A program made the translations under genes and the position numbers. From NCBI GenBank assembly GCA_976551045.1, contig CDPCPM010000091.1, forward strand, positions 7,130,001 through 7,194,000: 64,000 bases of DNA, in the 5' to 3' direction. Shown piece after piece: positions 9,901 through 22,058 of this stretch. A model generated the notes under the pieces. That model was not told where the DNA came from. It made no database searches and saw only the letters and a list, made by a program, of their open reading frames with translations. Positions within the stretch are counted from its first letter, which is position 1. The number at the start of each line of letters is the position of its first letter. This DNA comes from Glaucostegus cemiculus. Lineage: Eukaryota.

Positions 9901-12900
9901 GCTGGAAGTAAACTGCAGGAGAAAGGGAATGTTGACAAAATGGAATTTTAAACTGCACAAGCAAAGAATTAGAATTATGCTTTCAGTTTAATTGTGGAAA
10001 TTTTCCTGTGCCATGGGTTTTATGATGCTATTATGATATTTATTTTCTAAGTGTAGTCACATTTACTAACCTATATCAACCCAGCTGAAGATTCAGTCCA
10101 CATCAATACCACAAGGAGTAAGATTCTCTTGCCAACTTTCAAAAAAAAGTTATCAGGACATAATCTCTAATTTGCAGCCTTGTGTGCAAAACAGAGGTCA
10201 GCACACCTCAGGAAAAAAACAGAAGGGTTAGAATTCAGCTCCACCAGTTCCCAAGTTGACATAGTGAACAATATGCTTGCTGGTTAAGCATATGTAAATA
10301 TTAATAAATCAAAGAGAATTCAGTTTGTAAACCTCAAACATAGTCATAAATGTTTACCTATTTGCACGTTGGAAGAAATTTAATATTCCAATGATAATTT
10401 TTATATTTCATTTGAGAGCTCTACATGAAATACTTTGGTGCTTTGGTTTATCCCATTAACAGCCATCTTCTTGTTCTAATTTCTCAGTGAGAAGCATGAA
10501 AACTTGTATCAAGCTTTTGACCCCAAAGGAACTCTGTTTTGCACCCATTTGCTTAGCACAATAGTTGGTCAAGAGACAATAGGCAATGTGTGTTTAAGCC
10601 CTTGCCATGAGAAGCAGATAATTATAGCTCCCTCCAAGCAGCGTGGACAGCAACATGATCCATCAGAAAATATCCAAGTTCTTTGTCACCATCATCTTAA
10701 CAACAAGTTAAACATCAGTTCTGAAATACTTGGAAAAATGTATTTAGTGACAACCTCCATCAGTTCCAACCCATTCTACAAGACAATTATAATAAAATAT
10801 AATGTTGAAATATTACAAAAGCTTAACAATTTCTTCATCCCTACCATGGAATATTAGGAGGAACTGTAAAGGTTGAGTAGGACGATCAACTGCAACGTCA
10901 ACGTTGACGAAGGAGTTTCCGGCCTGTCACTAGTAATTAAAGTAAAACCCCTAAACCTACTGTATCATTTCACTGGATGAGAAAGATTGCTTTCTGATTC
11001 ACTGTTGAAGTCTATTGAGTCTTATTAATTATGCAGCATTCATTAGAAAAATGTTTAACCTTTCACTGATCTCAAAAGATTTTTCAACTCGGTGCAGTAT
11101 TTCAAATACTATACCCAAATATGGTCTGAAAGAACGTGGAACAAACATACTATATGTGAATAGTAAGTTAAACATTACTGTTCTAAGGAGGTGAAGCAAT
11201 AAAATAAATTTTAAAAATATCAAAATGTCAAAGGATATTTAAATCAGTGAAGCATTTATTTTCAAAAAGTTTTTAAACTCTGACTGGAAGCCTTGCTTGA
11301 CCAGTGGACAAATAATCACAATTGATGTTATACGAGCAACCGTACCATTAGGCCTATCACTTTACTGAGAAGCAAAACAGTAAAGTGCCTTGAAAATTAC
11401 AGAACACGAGAAGAACTCGATCCTCTACCAATGAAGGTTGTCGTATACAGTCAAGAAAATGTCAAAGGTGGACAATTAACTATGGCTTAAATTACCTTAA
11501 TTAATTTGAATAATATACTTACAACGTTGTTGAATTAAAATGTCTCTTTCCATCTCAACCAGACTGCTAGCTCAATAGCCAGAAACTAATGGAACAGTCA
11601 GCATTGCTGGCACTCTGTCTGGTTCTCTTTCCTGGAATCCTGCCACTGATGGAAATTTCTATGATTCTCTGCTGTTGAAATTAAACCCTGCTTAAGTACA
11701 GTGTCATAGAATTTGACAGCTGCATGGCCAAACAGTACTAAGTCTAAGCGAATCAATGGCTGGAATTGAGAAAAATGTAGATGTTTCCTGTAGGATGTAA
11801 TGATAAGGAAAACAGAGCTGCAACTGGCATAGACCAAGATAAACATACTGACAAAAGTATTATTTTAAAAGGAAGCACTAATGGAAATTCAAACAATGGC
11901 AAGCAGTTAAGATGTCTGATTGTAACCAAGGTCCCTAAGGTAGTGAGCACGTAAACTGCTAACCATCTAAATGACAGATATCTTACATTCTCAGCCACAG
12001 TTGGACATTTCACCTCAGAGGGAAAAAAACCAACACTGTGTCTGCATTCTCCCACAGTGACTGTATCTCTGATTCATGGAACAACTTTAAAGTTGCCAGT
12101 TGTGGGAGAGACTAGTATGTTTGCACTCTTTGCAGTTGAACTGCATTAATTAATGGAGGAAAGAAAAGTGGAGAGAACATACAGATGAGTGCCCTGTTCT
12201 CCAAAAAAATAACGCAGCAACAAACTTGGCAGAGATACTGAATATTCTGAGCCACCTCCACGTGGAATCTGGCAGTCAATAACAGGCCGAAGTAGTATAC
12301 AAGTGTGTTTTATTTTCGATCTGTTGGTACTTGTTAATGTTAAATTAAAAATGGCAAATAGAGACCTCCATTATCAAGTGGCGCCTCGCACCCTGAAAGG
12401 TAGATTTTAAATATGTGCAAGGAATTTTTGTAGTTCTAATTAGTTTGCCTGCATGTAATAGTGTGCCAAATGTACATGCCACTGGTTCTAAGGACTATGA
12501 TATTGTTTTTTAATCAAAACTACCAAAAATATGTGATCCAGAAGCCAAATGATATTATAAAAGTACTGAAACAACTGCACTAACCAATTATTGCATGTGG
12601 TAATGAACTGCTGTGGATTGTCTTATAGGTGTTCCAGCTGTAAAAATGGACCAGGCATGTTTTATGCTGCATGGCACAGATTTACCATTACAGTGCACAG
12701 ATGTGCTGCAACGCAGTCCAGTTCATATTAAACAGCACAACATATAGAACACAAGACATTAACTGGAGCTGAGGGAATAGCATATACAAGGTTTAAATAT
12801 CTGAAAAGGCTCATTGTCTGGAGCACTGATATACACCATGATTCTACAAACCCAAACTTAAAAAGAAATCTAAATACAAGGTAAACATTGGACCAGATAA

Positions 12901-13799
12901 AACAATACTGCTTTAGTTAACAGTTCTGCTGTTAAGAATGGTGAATCTCTACAAACAATTCATTGGAGGAGACAGCAGGGCACTAAAAATCCATTCACTA
13001 GGAAGCAAATGAACAACTGCATGCCATTAATGATGATCTACTTTGCCACATAAGAACTTCAAGAACTTCACCATTTACTGAGCTCATGTCACATTATCTA
13101 AGCATGCAAAGCTTTAAAGCTGCAATGACAACTCAGGCTTTTTTTTTAAAGATAGACTAGTTCGTGTTAACCTTTCCACTACTGGCGTGCCTAGAATGCA
13201 ATGAAATTCACATTTCTTTAAAACACTGAGGTGCTTGCAAGAGAGCATAGGAAGGTGACTTATTAATGGCTTTGATTAATATTGAAGTAATAATTCTTTT
13301 ACCACTGAATTTTCACTTTATTCATAGAATATGGGCATACATATTTACTGCCTATCCCAAGTTGCCTTGTGAAAATAGTGGTTAGCCTTCTTGGAGTGGA
13401 ACGTGAATGACAAAAAAGGCAAGACTTAGATAAGAAATGATTTCACAAATGTTGATACCAAAATTCCTTGTTATTCTGCGGGAGTCATTAATACCAAACA
13501 TTAGCAGGAACTGACACCAATTTTAACCTGTCTTATATCAGTGCAGCAAAACAAGAGTAATTATAGCACACTCAAGCTGGCCTCAACTCATTTCAGACTT
13601 CATGCCTCATCTCGGTTGATGTGATCATGTGATTCAGTTAAACATTAGCTGATGGAGTTATTCAGAGCTTTTTTTGGGGTGGACCTTTCTTCTAGTTCAT
13701 GTTCACTTCCGTAATTTACAAGTTGAAATTAAAAAAAAAGATACTTAAATCTAACTTTGCCATGACAACCTGTTTCTGTAGTATCTGCTGAAATCAGGT

Positions 13800-14195
13800 A
13801 AAACTCTAAATTTCACAGCCACCAATTGATTTTGGCGCAGCTCGTTTGCTTTATTTTCCTTCTGGGAGTGGAGGCCATGCCCAGCCTGACCTCCTGGGCA
13901 CGTCCTCCAACTCTGCATTTCGAAACTCCAGCATTCTTTTGGCCACGTTCGTCGGTCTATGTTCTCGCTCTCTAACTGCTCAATGGCCAGATAAGCTTGT
14001 TGACAGATTACGCCCATTGTCACCCTAGTTTTACCCAGAGACACCCCACATGCTCCCTCCAGTTTAAGCTTTTTTTTCCTCTCCTTCCAGGTTCTGACGC
14101 AGGGTATTCAAACCCAAACGATTGACTCCAGTTCTCTTCCTACAGATGCGGCTTGAAATCAGGGTATTCCCAGCATTTTCGGTTTTTAATTCTGG
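13800..14195 (+). mobile_element. Penelope-like element 3' remnant
   Basis: Pyrimidine tract, then gttctgacgcagggt...aacccaaacg..ttgactc...acagatgcggcttga...ttcccagcattttc; same terminus family. Left boundary uncertain. Confidence 0.45.
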
Positions 14196-15533
14196 TTCAA
14201 AGGGATTGCATTGGTGTCAAAGTTATAGTACAGTGCTTCTCCTAGTTTTAAATGATACTCTACATACTCACTCATTGTTTAATTAATCTCTCAATCAGAA
14301 AAGTCAGCAATGTTCCTGGAGCGTGAAGTTGGTAAATGGCACTCAGTGTACATGTACACTGTTCTGCTACCATCTCTTTCTCTACTCTACAGCCATTGTT
14401 ACAAGAATTAAAGAGCTCAGTCATTCTGAGGCAGCAAATGCATTACAGTGAGAGCATTAGGACTGGGGGGGTTCAAGAGGCTTTTGAAGTAGGTCAGGTT
14501 ACAGCAGATACCTTCACCTGCTCTGCTGTGACCAGACTGATGGAACCAAGCAGAGATGGAAAAGCCAACACTACAAAGAGCATGCTATAATAATATGAAA
14601 CTTTTGGTAAGACTTGCATGCATTTAGGTGAAGAATCCAAGGGTTGGTGACTGTTGTAGAACCTAACCTTCCAAGAGAAGCAGAGGTGAAGAATGTCCAA
14701 CTATAGTGCGATGCTTATTAACTCACAAATCAAATGCTACAACTTACGACATTTCCTAAAAACAGGATGAAAGAGCTATCAGTGCGTAAATAGCTGCTTG
14801 ACAGAACAGAGACTCATTTATAAAATGTCAGAGTCATTCAGCATGGAAAGAGGCCCCTCAGCCCACTGAATCCGTGCCGACCACTGAGCACCCATCTGCA
14901 CTCGGTGGCAGCCAGTCAACACCTGAACCAGCTCCACCATTCAATCAAATCATGACTGAGCTGTCCCTCAACTCCACATGCTTACCTGTGATCTAAAGAT
15001 TATGAATCTCCATAATCATTAACAAAAAAACCTCTAACAGAATAAAACTTGCACTTGGATTTCTTTCAAGAATGTATTCAATAGCAATTTCCTAAGACCT
15101 AGATGTTTGAAAGCATTGTTTGGGAGACCAGAGGTGGAGAAAGGGGGAGAGGAGTGGTGCTTAATTCCAAAATTAAGTCTCAAAAACATCTAAAGCTACA
15201 GCCATAATTCAGGCTTATCACAAGTGGTGCCAGAGTGTTTTGGGTGGTTCCAGCTTGTGGAAATTACACATTATTCCACTGGGCATTGAATTTCATTTGC
15301 ATGTTGCAGCACAAAACATCCTTCCCATCATATAATTACTTACAAAACTGTTACTAATCACAGGCAGCCTCTGCTTTTTACAGCTGTATTTTAAATAGTC
15401 TTAATAATGATTAAGTATCTTTTAATGAAACTTAGAATAAGCAGCCACCTGTCTTACACAGACAATCTCAGATAGACCAGAAAACAAACAACCAACATTT
15501 CACATTATGGAGTGTCCTATGCCCTGTAAAATA

Positions 15534-15889
15534 CAGTGAACCCCAATCTACAATATGCTATAGCCATAGTTTTCCAAGATATACATTCTACACTGTTTTG
15601 ATATTCTCTACAATATCCAATGCATGTACAATTTTTATAAATAGGGAACAGTGCTCTGCAAGATATATCTTACAGTGCACTTATAGAAATACTTCACTGA
15701 AATATGTTTGGAGAAATATGGTAAAAATGTGCACTAGCATTATACATAAAAGTACACACAGTGCCCAAACTAGGCTACTGCAGCATAATTTTATAGCCAG
15801 AACATTTTGCTTTGATTTTTACTTGTCCCCACAACACTGGTAACACTGGTTATATGTATTCTTGATAAGGCTGTAGTTAGGTTTCATTG
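15534..15889. mobile_element. Degenerate Tigger/mariner-like MITE
   Basis: Left end ta|cagtgaaccccaatctaca versus reverse complement of right end caatgaaacctaactaca; right TA not preserved. Confidence 0.4.
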
Positions 15890-16798
15890 TTGACCATTGA
15901 AATCCTCAAGACAATTTTTTTTGTAAGAGGAATGCACTGACTACCTTAAACATGTCTTCAAATCAGCATCAAACTGAGGGCTGGGCTAGTAAAGGGTTAA
16001 TCCTAAACAACTAACTGAAGTTTACATAAACGAACTACTTTCTACCAAGGTTATACACTATCAAGACTGCAGCTGCAAAACTGAAAGAAATAAAACACAT
16101 GAGCTGGAACATCTAGATGTCTGTCCTATTGAAAAGCCTAACTGTTCAGATACATCTGCCATTCAAATGGATCAACAAAAATGGGGTAGAATCATTGGAA
16201 ATTAAAGGTGTTTTGGACAGTTTACATGCCTTTGTTGAATTCACTTAGTACCTTCTTCAATAATAATTGGGGTGGCAATTAGATGAGTATTCTGGGTACA
16301 AGCATGTGGTAGGGCGTTTCTGCAAGCTTGGAAAGGCCACCACTGATACAGAGAAACATTTTCAAAAATAGGAATGTAATGCAACACTGGCCAAATGGAA
16401 GTATATCTCAGATACTCATGAGATATAAAGGAGCTACCAGTGGAGAAGATGAATTTAGACAGGAACACAAAATCCAGGACTGGGAAATACAGGCCCATGG
16501 ATTAATCAAAAGCTAGTGTCATCCCAGAGGAAGACAAGACAAGACAACCATTTATCGAGCCAACTTGAGAACAAAGGTGACTACAAGAATATAGATTATA
16601 ATTTATTCAATTGAGTAAGCATAGCATATACAGATTTTTATGGAGATGAATCCTATATTGTCACCAGTTCACATCAATCTTAGAAGCGGATCTCAACTGC
16701 AATTTTGTAGTCAATTAGTTAATGCCGAGTTACCTTCTTATTTGCCCTTGTAACCTTTTCTGTTTCATCAATTAACACTTTGTACAAAAACATGCATA

Positions 16799-17045
16799 CA
16801 AGCAACCCCCGTGTTCCCAGAAAACTGGCCGTGTCATGATTTTCTGTAATGTGAAACCATGTAATCTGTGTATGCACCAAGAAATGCAAGTTGAAAAAAA
16901 AATTGTGTTGATTTATCTTTTTTTTTGCACATAAATTCTGTGAGGGTGAATTTTATTCCACATCTCAAATCTTTGGGTAGAGATTTTTGAATTCTGTAAG
17001 GCTGAAGTTCCATTATCTGACTGGCTATAATGAAGGGGTTGCCTG
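16799..17045. mobile_element. Tc1/mariner (Tigger-like) MITE, 247 bp
   Basis: TA|CAAGCAACCCC ... GGGGTTGCCTG|TA: 11-bp terminal inverted repeats with 1 mismatch and a TA target duplication (16797-98, 17046-47). Confidence 0.7.
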
Positions 17046-17802
17046 TAGTCTACACCTCTGTGCCTTTTAAGGTTAATGAATGATTGTCAGTTCATGATTT
17101 TGTTATCTAGCTTCTTTTAATGCCGGCACAAAAGGGTTAATCTGTTCATTTAGTACGTTGTGCAGTCCTGATGGGAATTTCATGGTGTAAATGCTAATAT
17201 AATTCAAGCCGCTTGATGTTAAACAGTTCAGGGACTCGACATAGGCATCATTAACTCCCAGGCATAGACTGGTTGATAAACCCCAGATGGTTCTATGACG
17301 AGCTATTAAGATGAAGGAATTAAGGATTTATCTGGTACCTCTGATAAATTATTCTGGCCAAGATTTTTTTTTTACGTACTCCCAAGATGATCTTGGGTAG
17401 GAATTCTTGGATTTTGGAACAATACTGAAGAAATTAATATTCAAGACAACTTGGTGCATGACTTGCTGGCAAAGGTATTCCCGCAGTATTTCACTGATGT
17501 TATTCACTAAAACTTGAAAATTACTACACTAACCACTGCCAGTACAGATTTATGCATACTTTGAACATATTGCCAAATATCTTATGCTTTCTCTTGCTAA
17601 ATTTTAAGAATATTGCTATTATGGACTCCTACTCCCTGAGGTCACCAACTGATTCATCCATCTGACCTATTTGATTATTCATAACCAGGCCCAGCAAAAC
17701 AGATCTTTGCAAAACTAACATACTGCTCTGAAGAATCCCATTACTTTATCTTCATTTACCTCCTTACCTCAATGGACAAATTAATAAGTAACAGCTCAAA
17801 CT

Positions 17803-18051
17803 GGGGGGAAGATCTAGGGGAGATGTTAGGGGTAAGTTTTTTACTCAGAGAGTGGCGAGTGCGTGGAATGGGCTGCCGGAAATGGTGGTGGAGGCGGATA
17901 CGATAGGGTCTTTCAAGAGACTGTTGGATAGGTACATGGAGGTAAATAAGATAGAAGGCTATGGGTAAGCCTAATAGTGTGGGGACATGTTCAGCACAGC
18001 TTTGTGGGCCGAAGGGCCTGAATTGTGCTGTAGGTATCTATGTTTTATGTT
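17803..18051 (+). mobile_element. CR1 LINE 3' end (relatively young)
   Basis: RGDVRGKFFTQRVASAWNGLPEMVVEADTIGSFKRLLDRYM, then gggccgaagggcctg hairpin and (tctatgt)-like tail. Confidence 0.9.
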
Positions 18052-19159
18052 CAAATGATAATTTTGTTCTCCCCATTTGCTCAGTCTATAGATTTCCTCC
18101 CTACAACTTGGGCCTTGTAACTCACACTACACAAGAAATGAACACTTGGAGGTCCAACTGAGTTAGCTCTAAATACGTCCCTCGTTTACATCAACAATGT
18201 TTCCCTGAATTAATGTCACTGCTTCAAATCCTCTTATTTTTCTATCCCTCATAGATGTTATAACCTAATACAATTGTTTTCCATTCTCAGTTCTATTTCC
18301 TGATTCAGGTTGGAATTGGTCTAATCATTAGGGCATCCCAAAGACTGCGACATCTTGCTGTGATCAACATTTCAAAGTGGAGGATTTTCAGGAGCTGCAT
18401 CCAAGAGCATCAGATCCGAGAATAGACGTACTAAATATAGAAAAATTTGGTAAGGTAGAGTGCACATTTGTAGAACCATCGTTGCACCTATTGGCAAGCA
18501 CTCTTATCACACCACACTTTGCTATACATGCTATTCCCAGGTGAGTCACTGTACATTTTAAAATAACTTTAATTTTCAACACAGACTTCAAGCTGGATAG
18601 GAGTTCACTGCATGATAAGTCTAAGTAGTGAAAGTTTGTCTGCTTCCGGAATGCTACATTGCTGTTCTTGGGACCAAATTCTCAAATTTGCTACAACTTT
18701 GCAGCTTCTATAAAAATGAAGCCATCTAGCAAAGATACTGCAATTGTATTCTAAACGCAAGCTCTCTCAACGAGCTTCTTAGACTGCTTGGACAATAAAG
18801 ACTCTGCCATACAATTATTTTAGCATGGGAATGGAAAAAGAGTACTCAGTGGATTTATAGTTTCCATTCCATCTTACATGTTCAAATGTCTCATGTTAAT
18901 CTTTTTGTTCAGCATTACGCTGTCTTATCAGTGCCTTCAGAATGAATTGGATGTGATCTATAAATAATGTCTGTTGAACTTGAATCAGTACAAGCTTCTT
19001 TGCTTTCATGCCTGAATAACTACAATTGTCCAAATCCAACTTTAAACAGAACAGATAAATAAACTTCTATGTATAAAAATATTCAAAGCCTAGACTCATT
19101 TGAGTTATTGAGCATATCGCAGCAGAAAAGGCTTTAAGTATTTCCAGAACTATTTTTTA

Positions 19160-20320
19160 AATTCACTTCACACGATGTGGAAACACTAACACTATTGCCT
19201 CCTTTAATTGCCCTTGAGAAGGCAGTAGTGAGCCAATGTATTATAGGTTGGTGCAGTCCTTAGGGTGAAGAGACTCTCAACATGGTATTGGATGGGGAGT
19301 TCTATGATTTAGCAATACATTTTAAAATCTGGATTTGGAGCGGAACCTGCAGATGTTGGTGTACCCATGCACTTGCTGGCTTTGTCCTTCACGGTGGTAG
19401 AGCTCGTGGGTTTGAGAGGTCCCGTCACAGTAACCTAGCTGAGTATTTTTAAAGTGGAGGTTGATAGGCTCTTGATTAGTAAGGGTGTCAAAGGTTACGA
19501 GGAGAAGGCAGGAGAATGGGGTTGAGAGGGAAAAGTAATTCAGCACAATGGAATGGTGGAGCAAGCTCGATGGGCCGAATGTCCTAATTCTGCTCCCATG
19601 TCATATGATTCTAATTTGTTTCTGACTCCCGGGAAGTTGGTGATGGTTATACCACTGACTATCAAGGGCTAACAATTAGACTCTTGTTGGAAATGGTGAT
19701 AGCTATGCACTTGTGCAGTACAAATGCTACTTCTCTCATACGAGTTCTTGTTTGAATATTATCTAGGTCCTGCTACATACTGGATAACACTATCTTCCCT
19801 TCTAAGAGGTTGCAAATGGAACTGAATGTTGCACAATCATCAGTTCACATCCCTGCATGATCCAACAATGGAAGGAATGTTATTGATGAGATATTGAGCC
19901 CAGTACACTGCCAATGAGGAACCCCTGAAACATTGTCCTTATTACACCACTGAAATAATTGATACCTAACGATCACAAGCATCTTTCTTTGTGCAAGTCT
20001 TGGCTCCAACCATCAGTTCCACCAGGGCTCCTTGATGTCAAACATCAAGAATACATTCACACCTCACCTCCGAAAATCAACTCTTTGATGTATATTTGTG
20101 ATGAGGTCTAGAGCCAGGTGACCTGGCAAAACTGTGCATAATGAGCAGATTACTGATGAGTAAATGCCACTTGATTGCACTATATACCACATCTTCCATC
20201 ATTTTGTTGGTCATTGAGAGTAAAACGATGGAACAGTAATCAGCTGGATTGAATTTGTCTTTCTTTTTTGTAGACAGAATATACTTCCTGTTTGGACAAT
20301 TTTTAACAGTCATGTAGAAG
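19160..20320 (-). mobile_element. RTE-X/jockey-like LINE remnant, interrupted by a CR1 insertion
   Basis: Minus ORF KKKDKFNPADYCSIVLLSMTNKMMEDVV (RT-proximal NPANYRPISLLS motif); 3' tail aattgcccttgagaagg shared with 42880-43385. Confidence 0.7.
19441..19613 (+). mobile_element. CR1 3' end nested in the older LINE
   Basis: tttaaagtggaggttgatagg...ctcgatgggccgaatg.cctaattctgctcc CR1 terminus, flanked on both sides by minus-strand LINE sequence. Confidence 0.85.
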
Positions 20321-20344
20321 GCATTACTCAGTAATGTTGCTGAG

Positions 20345-20863
20345 AGTTATGTATTAGTGTGCACTTCTGGTCAACTACCTACAGGAAAGATATCAATAAG
20401 CTTGAAAGAGTGCAGAGAAAATTTATAAGGATGTTGCCAGGACTTAAGGACTTGAGTTATAGGAAAAGGTTGAATAGGTTTGGACTTTATTCCCTGGAGT
20501 GCAGGAGAATGAGAGGAGATCTTCTAGAGGTATACAAAATTATGAGTATCAATAGGGTGAATTCCCCTAAAGTTGGCTGAGACTAGAACTAGGGGATATA
20601 AGTTTAGGGTGAAAGGCGAAATATACAAGGGGAATCTGAGGGGAAACTTCTTCAATCAGAGGGTGGAACGAGCTGGTAGCGGAAGTGGTAAATGCGGGTT
20701 CAACTGTAACATTTAAGAGAAGTTTGGAAAAGTACGTGGTTGGGAGGGGTTTGGAAGGATATGGTCTGTGTGCAGGTAGGTGGGACGAGGCAAAAGATCG
20801 GGCGACATGGACTAGATGGGCCAAATGGCCTGTTTCTGTGCTGTGGTGCTCTATGACTCTATT
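20345..20863 (+). mobile_element. CR1 LINE 3' portion
   Basis: ORFs HFWSTTYRKDINKLERVQRKFIRMLPGL...RRMRGDLLEVYKIM and VNAGSTVTFKRSLEKY; tail ctctatgactcta. Confidence 0.9.
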
Positions 20864-21807
20864 TCCTGACTTTTCTTTCAGATGGTTAAAGTTCAGAACT
20901 TCAGGCTTCACAAAATCTAAAATTCACCCTGAATTTTGAATTAAAGCTCAGTTTCAATAGCCTGATTTACTGCAAATCATAAGTCTTATTACTGGTTCCT
21001 CTTGGTTATGCAATTGCAATTCAATAATGTGTTAGTCAGATTTCACTTTTTAAATTCTAAAATGTTGCCGACATATTCAACATCAACAATGAACATATTT
21101 AAAAATAAGGTGGAAAAGTGTGCAGGGAATGTAGCTGATATTCCCTGCACCTAATCTCAAACATCGGTTTCTGGAAATAGCAGACAGTGGAAAAGCTAAA
21201 TTAGAAAGTGAAATTCGGTAATGTTGGAAACATCAAGAAAATCACTTGAAAATATCCTGCACAACACCAAACAAACAGGGCTTGAGAAGGTACGTATCAT
21301 ATTAGCTCAGTGCCCGTTTATGGTCGTTTTACTGTCAGCCACTAACCATGTGGGTATTTTGGTGCGAGATTTTCCTCTTCGCAAGCACTGCTTCCCCAGT
21401 GTCCCACTTACCCAAATGACCTCAAATGCTGTGCAATGCCCGAAATTCATCAGCAGCAAAATTTTCAACTACATCGGTCAGATCGAAGAAACCAGCCTTT
21501 ACCAATGATAAAAAGGGCAAACTAATGTTCTTTAAAGATCCAGTCATCTAAACCGGTATCATAGACTACACCACTCCACACACTTAGAGCTGGTCCTGCA
21601 CACTGCTCACATTGAAAACTGACCTTTCCTTGCATCATTAAATATTAAGTTGGAACCAAAGCCGACCTACAAAGCCCACTTGCCTAGACTAATACTCCTC
21701 TTCATGGATGACTGGGGCATCTCCCAGGCATCACAGATTGTCTTGAGGACCAAGTCACCCTGAGTCTCGACTCCCCGACTATATGAACATTCAAGCCTGC
21801 CAATATA

Positions 21808-22058
21808 AGATATTAAGATATTTATTTACTAGTCACATGTACATGGAAACACACAGTGAAGTGCGTCTTTTTGCGTTACTGAGAATGTGCTGGGGGCAGC
21901 CGGTAAGTGTCGCCACTCATCCGGCGCCAACATAGCGCGCCCACAGCTCCTAACCTGGAGCCGGAGGAACCCCACGCAGACATGGGGAGAACGTACAAAC
22001 TCCTCACAGGCAGCGGCGGAATTGAACCCGGGTCACTGGCGCTATGCTAACTGCTACA
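21808..22058 (-). mobile_element. V-domain tRNA-SINE, gggcagccc..aagtgtcgccac-tail subfamily
   Basis: B-box (gggttcaattcc on minus), V-domain gtttgtacgttctcccc..tgcgtggg, tail aataaatatcttaatatctt; internal deletion relative to the 60535 copy. Confidence 0.85.

Noticed and set aside
14494-14583. Signal-peptide-like MLFVVLAFPSLLGSISLVTAEQ with nearby GT sites
   Set aside because: Both possible donors are phase 0, incompatible with the shared exon; no other support.
14986-15020. Strong donor CAG|GTAAGC with upstream ATGs
   Set aside because: The ATG frame stops (TAG) before the donor; at most a non-coding exon, with no evidence.
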